Under the pieces are notes generated by a model. The model worked only from the letters and a program-made list of their open reading frames with translations, searched no databases and was not told the origin of the DNA. From positions 15,205-79,204 of IMG/VR virus record IMGVR_UViG_3300032163_000008: a stretch of DNA of 64,000 bases; one strand, written 5' to 3'. Position numbers and translations under genes: made by a program. Below are positions 1 through 8,728 of the stretch, in pieces; positions within the stretch are counted from its first letter, which is position 1; every line of letters begins with the position of its first letter. Source of the DNA: a virus.

Positions 1-267
1 AAGCACGCGTATGGGAATCATTGTGGGGATGTAATCAACACAGAAGATGATGTATTGGTAGAAGATATCGACGTAGATATGATGGTAATCTTCACACCAG
101 GAAATGTGACTGCAAAGGGTCTAGTAAAGATCCATGGTATTACGTGTCACACATTTACACTTGAAGAGCACAGTGAGGCAGTACTTAAGACATTGCGCAC
201 TAAAGTAGCACCAGTAGTACCTACAGGTAGTATTCTTGCTTGCAACGACAAACAGATAGTAGTATAG
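1..267 (+). CDS. Hypothetical protein, 5'-truncated by window edge
   Basis: Frame is open from base 1 to TAG at 265-267. Confidence 0.6.
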   Translation, partial: KHAYGNHCGDVINTEDDVLVEDIDVDMMVIFTPGNVTAKGLVKIHGITCHTFTLEEHSEAVLKTLRTKVAPVVPTGSILACNDKQIVV

Positions 268-268
268 T

Positions 269-457
269 ATGTGGGTTCCAGTAGAAGAGAGATTGCCAGT
301 ACAGACGGGATACTACAACTGTAAGTGTATCCTAGAAGATAGCGATCCTCTTCCTGAGCCCCGTTCCGCGATAGAAACAATCCTCAGCATTTACTTTGCT
401 AATGGGTCTTTCGCGTACAACCCAGACACAACAACAATCATAGCCTGGCAGGAATAG
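269..457 (+). CDS. Small phage protein, DUF551-like
   Basis: N-terminal W-x-PVEERLP and C-terminal IIAW, typical of this family. Confidence 0.55.
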   Translation: MWVPVEERLPVQTGYYNCKCILEDSDPLPEPRSAIETILSIYFANGSFAYNPDTTTIIAWQE

Positions 458-1051
458 ATGGCTTCATTCGGTATAGGTGGGATGTTCACTAGTGTTACTA
501 AAGGGGTAGCGGCTAATCCCATATATCATGAAGGCGAGGGTCCTGGAGCAGGTAGGTCTCTTCCAGAGTTCCACTTGGGTCAAAATGTGTACAACTGGAT
601 AAGAGCCACCCAAGGTGCTCCATTCGTGTTGGAGTTTAGGAAGCGTAGTGATGGGGTCATTAAGGCTATTAGGTGTAAGTCACTACTGCATCAAGGTCTC
701 TCAGGACATGGTAGAAGGTATAACGCAGCTGCTAAGAACCTTATAACTGTATTTGATATTGGTGCTGGTGGATGGAGATCTATACCTATAGAAGGCATCA
801 TCTATATGTCAATGCGAGGTGAACACTTGCCTTTCGTAGATCCTAACGCTCCTGTGCATACGTTGGATGCTGAAGAAGAGAGGTATAAGACAGGGGACAT
901 ACTAACACAAGAAGAGAAAGACTTCTTCGCAGCTGGGATCGATTATGGAGAGGCTGATGACGTAGGTGAGATAGACTTCGCTGACAGTGCACAAGTAAGT
1001 GACCTTAGTGAGTACAAAGGCATAAAGAACTTTAACTCTCCCTTCCTATAG
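458..1051 (+). CDS. Phage SH3-barrel/WYL-like (DUF2693-like) protein with acidic tail
   Basis: FRKRSDG...LITVFDIGAGGWRSIPIEGI motif. Confidence 0.55.
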   Translation: MASFGIGGMFTSVTKGVAANPIYHEGEGPGAGRSLPEFHLGQNVYNWIRATQGAPFVLEFRKRSDGVIKAIRCKSLLHQGLSGHGRRYNAAAKNLITVFDIGAGGWRSIPIEGIIYMSMRGEHLPFVDPNAPVHTLDAEEERYKTGDILTQEEKDFFAAGIDYGEADDVGEIDFADSAQVSDLSEYKGIKNFNSPFL

Positions 1052-1175
1052 AGGCTGCACCCAGCTCAAATCGAGGTCGCCATTTAGGGGGGCTGTAATG
1101 AGGTCGGGAACTGGGCATGATTACGTAGGCTGTAAGAAACACGTCTTATAATAACCCAGTCTTACGATTAAATGT

Positions 1176-1296
1176 CGATTAAATTGTCTGTGTTATATTT
1201 GTAGCAGTATTCCACCCCCGTATAAACCCCCCAGTAATCCTCAGTGGTTCTACAATGAGTGCCATCACTATTCCCTACCGATTAAATTGTCTGTGT
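1176..1296. repeat. 18-bp direct repeat CGATTAAATTGTCTGTGT (1176-1193, 1279-1296) plus partial copy at 1165-1176
   Basis: Exact match read directly from the sequence, in the non-coding gap between convergent gene blocks. Confidence 0.85.
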
Positions 1297-1748
1297 CTTA
1301 TATCCTATTGTCTTTGTATGAGTATTGATTGTGGCCTTGGTATGCATTGCACCTCTGTGTATGATGAGCGTTGGTTAGGATGAGGGTAATGATACATGAG
1401 TTAGACATTCGTGGTGTACGAGCCTCCAGGTCGAGAAAACCCCTTTTCCACCCTATAGGAGTTTTAAGTAGGAGCTTTTTCACGCAGAAAAATTTTCACC
1501 AAATCTGTTTGCCGGTCGAGGGTCCAGTTAATGAGTGTCATAGTGTGGTGTTTACGCTAAAAAACCTAGGAACCCCACTTAATCCCAGGGAAAAACGGCC
1601 GCAGAAAATTTTAGGTTAAAACGGTTTTGGAGTTAAAACGGCTGACGACGCCCTGCGTTAATTCCATCTTTGTAGTCTTTCAGCGGCCAATTGGGGTTGC
1701 TGTGTCGTGCATGGTCTTACCACTTTTAGCATGCACTGTGTTCTAGCA

Positions 1749-1976
1749 TTACATCCTGTTAATAACTACTCGCCTGGGCTTGCCCTTTTTGGCCTTATAC
1801 GCGTCTAAGCGGTCTTCGGCGCTGGGAGTTGCCTTGAGTTTGCTCCCACTCCGAAGGGGACCCTCTACCTCTACGTCATTGGGAGCAGGTATGTCATCGC
1901 CTGCTCTGTGATTGTTGGCATCATAACTACTCAGCTTAAAGGCTTTAACCATGTCTTCAAAATCTCTGGCGTACAT
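1749..1976 (-). CDS. Small charged protein, putative internal head protein
   Basis: Likely ATG at 1976 after AAAGAGGA; N-terminus FEDMVKAFK resembles FVDLLKAYK of 2928-3155. Confidence 0.6.
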   Translation of the reverse strand: MYARDFEDMVKAFKLSSYDANNHRAGDDIPAPNDVEVEGPLRSGSKLKATPSAEDRLDAYKAKKGKPRRVVINRM

Positions 1977-1977
1977 A

Positions 1978-2499
1978 TTAGTCCTCTTTCTTAAGCAGAT
2001 GGCCTCTGCGTTTACTCGCATCGATGATCTCTACTTCTTTTTTAGTGCGTTTAACTTCTACGGGAGCAATGACCTGTTTGGTGCGATCCTTGTTCCAGAT
2101 CGGTATAAAGAACTTCTTCTGTTTCTGAGCAGCAGCGGGTTCATCCGGCTTACGTATCCACTCACTACCAGTGCCTTTGATCTTAGCAGGATCACTGCCG
2201 AAGCTGCCAGTACTAAGCATATACGCTTTGGCGAAGTTCTCGGCGAAGTCCGCCCATAGCTGCCTGTACAGGGGATCCAAGTTGTAACTCTTATTCAAAT
2301 AATCTTGGTTCTCTAGGACGATGCCAGCAAAGATCTCCGTGACAAATCCTGGGTCGGCAAACCCGGTAAAGCTCTTGTTGAGTTCGTCATAGAAGTACAC
2401 CTCTCTGCCCGCGCTGATATCAGCGAGTAGGGGTTCAACACAGCCCTTATAAAGCTCTGTCATTCTCGGATCTCTGAGGTAATCGCTGTAGTTATCCAT
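1978..2499 (-). CDS. Hypothetical protein; N-terminal domain paralogous to the central domain of 13529-14836
   Basis: LYKGCVEPLL...YFYDELNKSF aligns with LYKGVVVPCL...YFIDEMRKGF. Confidence 0.75.
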   Translation of the reverse strand: MDNYSDYLRDPRMTELYKGCVEPLLADISAGREVYFYDELNKSFTGFADPGFVTEIFAGIVLENQDYLNKSYNLDPLYRQLWADFAENFAKAYMLSTGSFGSDPAKIKGTGSEWIRKPDEPAAAQKQKKFFIPIWNKDRTKQVIAPVEVKRTKKEVEIIDASKRRGHLLKKED

Positions 2500-2900
2500 T
2501 ATTTTTCTGGGTACTTCAGAGGTTGTATGCTGAGGACGTTGTCACCCTTTTTAACCAGCTCATTATGCAGCTGTGCATGATGATTAGCTTTGGCGTGTTG
2601 GTGCCGGGCCATGTTTATATGTGCATGCATATAGTTATCGGCTTTGGCTTGGGCGTGATGATCGGCCTGATCTTCCCAACTTGCATTGGGATTACTCTTA
2701 TCCTTGGGTATATCCAGAGCTTGACCCGACTTCTTGGCATAGTCTTCGGCTCCGTACATCCAGGTGTGAGCATTGTGTGCGTGACCCAGTGCTCTGTGAT
2801 AGTGATGCTGCTTCTCATGCTCACGGCTCTGAGCCATGTGGTCATTCGCTTGTTTCGTATGATCTCTGTATTGTTGAAACGGTGTCATTTGCTTTTCCAT
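2499..2900 (-). CDS. His-rich helical hypothetical protein
   Basis: 18 His in 133 aa; AGAAGG SD and TATAATTA upstream; TAATG coupling to the next gene. Confidence 0.7.
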   Translation of the reverse strand: MEKQMTPFQQYRDHTKQANDHMAQSREHEKQHHYHRALGHAHNAHTWMYGAEDYAKKSGQALDIPKDKSNPNASWEDQADHHAQAKADNYMHAHINMARHQHAKANHHAQLHNELVKKGDNVLSIQPLKYPEK

Positions 2901-2918
2901 GTTGTACCTTCTCTTTCC

Positions 2919-2926
2919 TAATTATA
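2919..2926 (-). promoter_or_regulatory. TATAATTA putative late promoter
   Basis: Same octamer found upstream of the structural genes. Confidence 0.55.
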
Positions 2927-2927
2927 C

Positions 2928-3155
2928 CTAATTGGGCTGTCCATATTCTCGAAACACCTTAAGGTTCTGTCCTTCGATGTTATGGCTCCTATTTATATGG
3001 GCCTTGCCCTGAAGTGGTTTTACTTCGGCATTAGGATCGGGGCTGCCTTCAGCCTTAGCCTTTTTTTGCTTGGCTTTGATCCCTGGGCCCAACTCATTGA
3101 TGTGTATGTCGTCAAACTTATAAGCTTTTAGGAGGTCTACGAATGAGTTGAGCAT
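2928..3155 (-). CDS. Small basic protein, putative internal head protein
   Basis: Coupled ORF (TAATG); DLLKA motif near the N-terminus. Confidence 0.6.
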   Translation of the reverse strand: MLNSFVDLLKAYKFDDIHINELGPGIKAKQKKAKAEGSPDPNAEVKPLQGKAHINRSHNIEGQNLKVFREYGQPN

Positions 3156-3808
3156 TAGTTTTGACTCCTACCCTTGCCATAAGTCTTGAAGTCACTGACA
3201 TCGTGTTTAAGTGCTGGCTTGTATACAACCTTGGTTTGATCAGGCTTCAAATGAGGGGGTTCGGTGTTTTGTACCCTGGCATTAGGAATCTTTGTCTCTT
3301 TGTCTTCATTGGTGCTATCAAAGAGCTTGCCTCGGGCATAAGCATCACCCTTGGGTACAAAGCTCTTTCTTTCTTCACTGCTATAGGTATTCTTGGGCCA
3401 GCGCTTCTTTGAAGGCGGCTCAGGAGTCTTGGTGCCATTAACTGCATCCTTGATTTGACGGTTAGCATCTCTGCGGTCTCTTCTGAATTGACGATTCCTA
3501 GGACTGATGAACTCATCAAAGACGACAGGCGGATCCTGCATGACATAGGCCTTATTAAGAGGTAGGCCCGGCAGAGCTTTATGGAGTCTAGCACTATTGC
3601 CTAGACTGGGGTCTCTCCTAGTATTTATTGCTTCACTAGTACCCTTGGCTTGATGGCTCAGGTACTTGGCATAGAGTTGCGTCGAGTTCAGCTGTTTAGG
3701 CATAGGCGTGATTCGGGGCTGACCCATGCCGGTACTTCCACCCATGAGAAGAGCCTTAGTTAGTAGAACAGGGATATCTTTTGACATGCTACCTAAATTA
3801 TACCTCAA
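3155..3808 (-). CDS. Basic low-complexity hypothetical protein (start may be ATG at 3787)
   Basis: 217-aa ORF with LTKA, LHKA, LNKA motifs. Confidence 0.65.
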   Translation of the reverse strand: MRYNLGSMSKDIPVLLTKALLMGGSTGMGQPRITPMPKQLNSTQLYAKYLSHQAKGTSEAINTRRDPSLGNSARLHKALPGLPLNKAYVMQDPPVVFDEFISPRNRQFRRDRRDANRQIKDAVNGTKTPEPPSKKRWPKNTYSSEERKSFVPKGDAYARGKLFDSTNEDKETKIPNARVQNTEPPHLKPDQTKVVYKPALKHDVSDFKTYGKGRSQN

Positions 3809-3839
3809 AGTACTAAAATAATCTTTTATAGTACTAGTC

Positions 3840-4121
3840 GTGAGTAAATACTTGTGTTATATAATTACGGGCTACGAGGGTCTAACAGCTCGAGACCTCG
3901 AAGACCTTAGAGCACAGGACGTTTGTCTCGACGACTGGGATTATATGCTTGTCCTCCCCGCAGATGTCCTCCACGTCGAAACTGATGAGTGGGGAAAACC
4001 GTATTGGACTACTTCAGACTATGACCTGCAAAGACTGATGACTGGATGCTGCGACAATACTTGGTATAAAATTAAGTATAGGGGTCAAACTAAAGCCCTG
4101 GGAGTAGCTTATCATGCGTAG
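3840..4121 (+). CDS. Hypothetical phage protein
   Basis: Compact ORF ending VAYHA that overlaps the next gene. Confidence 0.6.
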   Translation: MSKYLCYIITGYEGLTARDLEDLRAQDVCLDDWDYMLVLPADVLHVETDEWGKPYWTTSDYDLQRLMTGCCDNTWYKIKYRGQTKALGVAYHA

Positions 4122-4347
4122 ACCAACCTTTTGGAACTATGGTTTTTACATGGGCCTATCTAAAAACAAGAGCTTGGAAGTAGAATTTCTCGCCGAGGAT
4201 ACTTGGTTTGAGTTTTATATTGCACTAATTAGGCATCAAGATCACGCAGGGTTTAACCTGCGAATCGCAGTGCTTAGGTTGAGTTTTAACCTTAAATTAT
4301 ATGATAATAGACATTGGGATTATGAAAATAACGAATATGAGGAGTAA
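4114..4347 (+). CDS. Hypothetical phage protein
   Basis: GGGAG SD; DHAG...YDNRHWDY pattern. Confidence 0.6.
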   Translation: MRRPTFWNYGFYMGLSKNKSLEVEFLAEDTWFEFYIALIRHQDHAGFNLRIAVLRLSFNLKLYDNRHWDYENNEYEE

Positions 4348-4350
4348 CAC

Positions 4351-4680
4351 ATGGTAGTAATCGTAGTAGAGCCCGCAGTTCCTGCGGAAAAAGAGGAAAA
4401 CGTCGCGGAAGTCACAGGGGTACCTAGTAAATTGATTAAGTTTTTTAGAGAGACTTGCAGTCCCTGCAAGCAACTGACGCCTATTTTAAATCATATTTTA
4501 GTTGACTATCCCCAAGTAGAGGTCTATAATTATGATGCTGATAAACAGCCTGAATTAGTTCAGCAATACAGTGTAACAGCTGTGCCCACATTAATATTTA
4601 TCAAAGATGATAAAGAAGTTGAACGTATACTAAGCCTTAGGTCGGAGGAAGTACTACGTAAAGCGTTTGAAAAACTATAA
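4351..4680 (+). CDS. Thioredoxin-family protein
   Basis: CSPC active site, VPTLIFIKD cis-Pro motif, GAGGAG SD. Confidence 0.9.
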   Translation: MVVIVVEPAVPAEKEENVAEVTGVPSKLIKFFRETCSPCKQLTPILNHILVDYPQVEVYNYDADKQPELVQQYSVTAVPTLIFIKDDKEVERILSLRSEEVLRKAFEKL

Positions 4681-4690
4681 AGGAGTTCAC

Positions 4691-5089
4691 ATGAAACTAA
4701 AAGTATTTGATGTATTGAATAGTATTGAACCAATCCGCGAGCTCAATAACAGAGATGATATGCCAATCGGTGTTAGCTTGAACCTAGTTCTAGCTTCTAA
4801 AGCCCTTGAGCCAATTCTCAATGTCATTGACGAGAAACAAAAAGGTCTTGTTGTAAAGTACACTACACCCACAGAGGAAACTACTACGGATGCAGAAGGT
4901 AAAGAAACAACTCAGACTCTTAATAAGTTTAATAGTGATGAGGATCGTGAAGCCTATAGCAAGGCCTACCAAGAGCTTCTTAATGAAGAAGTAGAGATCA
5001 CTGCTAAGCAAGTTGATTCCAGTAAGTTCCCCGAGACTTTTACAATTAGTGCCCAGAAGCTTATGGCTCTGAGCTGGTTGTTAGTCTAA
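4691..5089 (+). CDS. Hypothetical helical phage protein
   Basis: ATG at 4691 after AAGGAG. Confidence 0.7.
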   Translation: MKLKVFDVLNSIEPIRELNNRDDMPIGVSLNLVLASKALEPILNVIDEKQKGLVVKYTTPTEETTTDAEGKETTQTLNKFNSDEDREAYSKAYQELLNEEVEITAKQVDSSKFPETFTISAQKLMALSWLLV

Positions 5090-5097
5090 ACTTAGTC

Positions 5098-5131
5098 AGA
5101 GCAGCATTAGATCGACCCCTAGTGCTGCTCT
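5098..5131 (+). other. 13-bp stem-loop (possible terminator or processing site) directly before a TATAATTA motif
   Basis: AGAGCAGCATTAG...CTAGTGCTGCTCT; no U-tract. Confidence 0.5.
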
Positions 5132-5133
5132 CC

Positions 5134-5141
5134 TATAATTA
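5134..5141 (+). promoter_or_regulatory. TATAATTA putative late promoter
   Basis: Octamer begins 12 nt before ATG 5146. Confidence 0.55.
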
Positions 5142-5145
5142 AACT

Positions 5146-5334
5146 ATGCCATTAGGATTCCTTGATACATTATTATTGATTTTAATCACACTAAAGCTAC
5201 TACATCTAGTCAGCTTTTCCTGGTGGGTAGTATTTACACCTCTTTTCTTATCACTAGCTCTGAATATTGTGGCCTTTGCAAGCATTATCACACTGACTCG
5301 AAAAATAGTAGATGTCAAAAAGAAGGCTAAATAA
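5146..5334 (+). CDS. Small two-TM membrane protein
   Basis: LKLLHLVSFSWWVVFTPL pattern common in small phage membrane proteins. Confidence 0.65.
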   Translation: MPLGFLDTLLLILITLKLLHLVSFSWWVVFTPLFLSLALNIVAFASIITLTRKIVDVKKKAK

Positions 5335-6632
5335 TGGTACATGTAGAGGGTTACGACAGGTTAGATCCAGTTACAGGTAGAGTTGAGCACGTCAAGCCTC
5401 ACGAAGACGCCAGACGTAAAGCAACTCCAGTAGTACCAACAGACCAAGGCAAGGGAGTTACAAAAGAAGTTACTCCAGCCCTTCATATAAATAGAAAAGC
5501 AGAGCAGGGTTCCAGTAATGAGCAGCCCGTACCCATTGATAACTCTTTTACCAGAGCCGATACCAAAGGAATGCTTCATTCCATACAGAAGGCCAACCTC
5601 GAGGATCTTGTAAGCAATGAGCCCATGGTCATTAGTAGCGCAATAAAGCACAGAAACAGCTATAAAATGATAGAGGCCTACGCAAAAAGGCTCGGAGAAG
5701 ACCAGGAAGTTCTGATGAATACCTACGATACGACGAAAGACTGGTTGGCTAAAGCCCTATATAGTAATAAGTACCCCGATGGCAGCGAAATATCATCCTT
5801 TGCGAACAAGCAGAGTGTTGCAGCTAGCTACAGTAAGTTAAGAGCTGAGCTGAGTAAATACGCCGATTATGAGAATTTAACCAAGCTAAAGACTGAAGAT
5901 AACATATATGTCATAGGAAATGTCAATCATAGACTCACAGATGAGTTTCTTAAGAGCAGCGATGACTCCGGCTTAAAGCAAGCAGTCACAAATGTTAAAG
6001 ACCTCGTTGACTTCATAGACACAAAAACACCAGATATTCGCAAAGAAACTGCGTCTATTATGGAAAAATATGGCATGAAGGACTACGGAGCTGAAGCTCT
6101 GGATTTCACGGCAAATGGCGACCCCAGCTTTAATCAGGCTGTAATGCAAACCATGTATCATAAGGACTATAATCCCATTACAAAACCTCAGCCCATAGTA
6201 AAGCCTAAACCCGGGTCAAAAGAGAAGGCTGAACCGGAGCCTGTTGATCTAGGAGAATTCAGCACCAAGTACGTTCACGTCAGTTCTGCTGCAAATAGGG
6301 CTTACCTAAATGCTCAAGGTGTTAAAGAGATGACTTTATATAGAACCCTAGACTTAAACAAGAATCATCCCACATACAAAAAACTAGATAAAGCACACAA
6401 CGAGACTGCAGCTACTAAGGGTGCAGTACAATATACAGCAGAAGCTGATATCAGTCCAGCATCCCTATGGAGCTCTGTACCTCCTAAAGCTGATAAGGGT
6501 TCAGTGGTAGTAGCTTCTACTATTCCTGTTCATGACATAGTATCTAGCAAGTATACCGACGAAGCTCTTAACAAGGATAATGCGTTTATTATAGCAAGTC
6601 CCCTACAGCGCAAGGTCAGTCTCCATAAATAA
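5334..6632 (+). CDS. Hypothetical protein with possible C-terminal degenerate ADP-ribosyltransferase-like domain
   Basis: N-terminal VEGYDR...GRVEHVKPH motif; C-terminal TLYRT...SLWSS...VVASTIP. The ORF is clear; the function is tentative. Confidence 0.6.
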   Translation: MVHVEGYDRLDPVTGRVEHVKPHEDARRKATPVVPTDQGKGVTKEVTPALHINRKAEQGSSNEQPVPIDNSFTRADTKGMLHSIQKANLEDLVSNEPMVISSAIKHRNSYKMIEAYAKRLGEDQEVLMNTYDTTKDWLAKALYSNKYPDGSEISSFANKQSVAASYSKLRAELSKYADYENLTKLKTEDNIYVIGNVNHRLTDEFLKSSDDSGLKQAVTNVKDLVDFIDTKTPDIRKETASIMEKYGMKDYGAEALDFTANGDPSFNQAVMQTMYHKDYNPITKPQPIVKPKPGSKEKAEPEPVDLGEFSTKYVHVSSAANRAYLNAQGVKEMTLYRTLDLNKNHPTYKKLDKAHNETAATKGAVQYTAEADISPASLWSSVPPKADKGSVVVASTIPVHDIVSSKYTDEALNKDNAFIIASPLQRKVSLHK

Positions 6633-6665
6633 TAAGTAAGTTTTTTTCTCTTTCTAGTATTCGGT

Positions 6666-6890
6666 ATGAAAATTACCTTACAACTCATATCTTTCGTTAT
6701 TTTAATGTTCTTTGCCACAGCGGGATTCATGGCTCTATACGACTATGTCCCTATGACTGTAAGGTTCGCTCACCCCATCATTGCGGGTATAATTTTTGTA
6801 ACAGCAGCAGTACTACTATTGACTACAATAATCGATAGTATTCTGTGGTTACTCTTAGAGGAAGGAAGTGGTAGAGCAAAGAAAAGGTAG
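6666..6890 (+). CDS. Small membrane protein
   Basis: Two hydrophobic segments. Confidence 0.55.
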   Translation: MKITLQLISFVILMFFATAGFMALYDYVPMTVRFAHPIIAGIIFVTAAVLLLTTIIDSILWLLLEEGSGRAKKR

Positions 6891-6921
6891 AGACATCACA
6901 AATCATATGAAGGAGAATATA

Positions 6922-8328
6922 ATGGATAAAAGATACAACATTATTCTTGACACAGATAGTTACAAGCAGGGACACTGGAATCAGTATCCCAAGGACACCC
7001 AGACAATTTATAGTTATTTTGAAGCTCGTATTGGAGCTGAGTACGACAAAACCGTATTCTTTGGCTTACAGTATATCCTCATGAGTTATCTTGAGGGTGA
7101 AGTAGTCACACAAGCTGACATCGATGAAGCCAAGGCGCTCATGGATCAGCACTTAGGGCCTAACGCCTTCAATCTCGAGGGCTGGCAGTATATTCTTGAT
7201 GTACACCAAGGCAAACTTCCTATTCGTATTAAAGCAGTTGCAGAAGGTACACCAGTGCCTGTCGACAATGTTTTAATGACGGTAGAAAACACGGATCCTA
7301 AATGCTACTGGCTGACCAACTTTGTAGAAACACTGCTTTCACGAGTATGGTATGCATCCACAGTAGCAAGCAAATCCTATAATGTAAAAAAATCGTTGGA
7401 AACCTACTTCGATCGAAATTGTGATAACAGAGACGGCTTAATGTTTATGTTGCATGACTTCGGTAGTAGAGGCGTTTCCTCTTATGAAAGTGCTGGAATT
7501 GGTGGGTTAGCCCACTTAGTTAACTTCATGGGAACTGACACAGTTCATGCCTTGAAGTTTGCACAACAGTACTATGGAGCTCAAGGAGCTGTTGCGTATT
7601 CCGTTCCAGCCACTGAGCACAGTGTTATGACAATCAGAGGTAAAGAAGGAGAAGAGCAGGTCTTTGCTGAACTTCTCGAGAATTATCCTTCTGGTATTCT
7701 ATCAGTAGTTAGCGATAGCTATGACATCTGGAACTTTATCAACTGCTTTGGTGCTAGGTATAAAGAGCAGATCGAAGCCCGAGAAGGTAAACTCGTCTTT
7801 CGTCCTGATAGTGGAGATCCTCTTACCATGGTAACTGGCATTGCGAAGGCTCTCGGTGATATCTTCGGATACACTATGAATAGCAAAGGTGCCAGAGTGT
7901 TGAATCCTAAAGTAGGAATCATCTTTGGTGATGGCTTAGATGAATCAGCTATAGATAGAATCCTCTTTGCTCTTGACCTACATGGCTGGGCAGCATCTAC
8001 ATGCGTTTTTGGCATGGGTGGTGGGTTGTTACAGAAAGTTAACAGAGACACACAGAGATTCGCATTCAAATGCAGTGCAACGCAAAGAAACGGCGAATGG
8101 CACGATGTATACAAGGACCCTGTTGACAAGGGCTTCGTAAAGAACAGTAAGCGCGGTAGATTAATGCTTACCAGGAATGGCGACGACTTTAAAACCGTCT
8201 CAGGATATATGAAGCAGAGATCTCCTGGAGTCTCTTCTTTAGGCTTCGATCTCCTGACTCCTGTGTTTGAGAATGGTGTCATCTTGAAGAAGTACAGTTT
8301 TGATGAGGTAAGAGCTAATGCTCAGTAA
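6922..8328 (+). CDS. nadV: Nicotinamide phosphoribosyltransferase (NAMPT)
   Basis: TDSYK, HDFGSRG, VPATEHSVM, SVVSDSYD, RPDSGDP, FGMGGGLLQKVNRDT motifs; ATG 6922 after AAGGAG. Confidence 0.95.
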   Translation: MDKRYNIILDTDSYKQGHWNQYPKDTQTIYSYFEARIGAEYDKTVFFGLQYILMSYLEGEVVTQADIDEAKALMDQHLGPNAFNLEGWQYILDVHQGKLPIRIKAVAEGTPVPVDNVLMTVENTDPKCYWLTNFVETLLSRVWYASTVASKSYNVKKSLETYFDRNCDNRDGLMFMLHDFGSRGVSSYESAGIGGLAHLVNFMGTDTVHALKFAQQYYGAQGAVAYSVPATEHSVMTIRGKEGEEQVFAELLENYPSGILSVVSDSYDIWNFINCFGARYKEQIEAREGKLVFRPDSGDPLTMVTGIAKALGDIFGYTMNSKGARVLNPKVGIIFGDGLDESAIDRILFALDLHGWAASTCVFGMGGGLLQKVNRDTQRFAFKCSATQRNGEWHDVYKDPVDKGFVKNSKRGRLMLTRNGDDFKTVSGYMKQRSPGVSSLGFDLLTPVFENGVILKKYSFDEVRANAQ

Positions 8329-8728
8329 TGCCATCGAACGTGCTCTCAGCAAGTATAAGAGTGGTAACTGGGATAAGCTGTATCTTGCAGTTGACCTGCA
8401 TGGTGTAGTCTGTAAGCCCACCTACTCAGACAAGATTGAGTTCTATGCAGAGGCCTTATGGCCTCTGCAGCAGCTCTCCAAGAGTCCACATATTGTTTTG
8501 ATCACCTTTACTGGTAGTCATCCCAAGGATGTGGCTAAAATTGCTAAGAGGCTCAAGGAAGAGTGGCAGATTGAATTCAACTACTTCAACGACAACCCTG
8601 AAGTAGTAGACAATAAGCTCAGTTGTTTTTATGCGAAATTTTATTTTGACTTACTATTCGACGATAAAGCTGGCTTTGTGCCATACGATTGGTTCGATGT
8701 TGTCGACGGATTAAAGGAGATATTATGA
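8318..8728 (+). CDS. Minimal HAD-superfamily protein
   Basis: AVDLHGVV (motif I variant), ITFT, K-FYFDLLFDDKAGF (motif IV). Confidence 0.7.
   Translation: MLSNAIERALSKYKSGNWDKLYLAVDLHGVVCKPTYSDKIEFYAEALWPLQQLSKSPHIVLITFTGSHPKDVAKIAKRLKEEWQIEFNYFNDNPEVVDNKLSCFYAKFYFDLLFDDKAGFVPYDWFDVVDGLKEIL

Noticed and set aside
1298-1619. ORFs 1298-1483(-) and 1371-1619(+)
   Set aside because: Weak starts, mutually overlapping, and located in repeat/A-tract DNA; probably non-coding
1951-3412. Plus-strand hydrophobic ORFs (1951, 2523, 2621, 3161)
   Set aside because: Antisense to the coupled minus-strand genes, which have SD, promoter and paralogy support
6922-8328. NARP1 (Adps + Namat) pathway
   Set aside because: No PRPP-synthetase-like gene is adjacent and an NMNAT partner is present, which favours the NAMPT/NMNAT route; phylogeny is still needed to confirm
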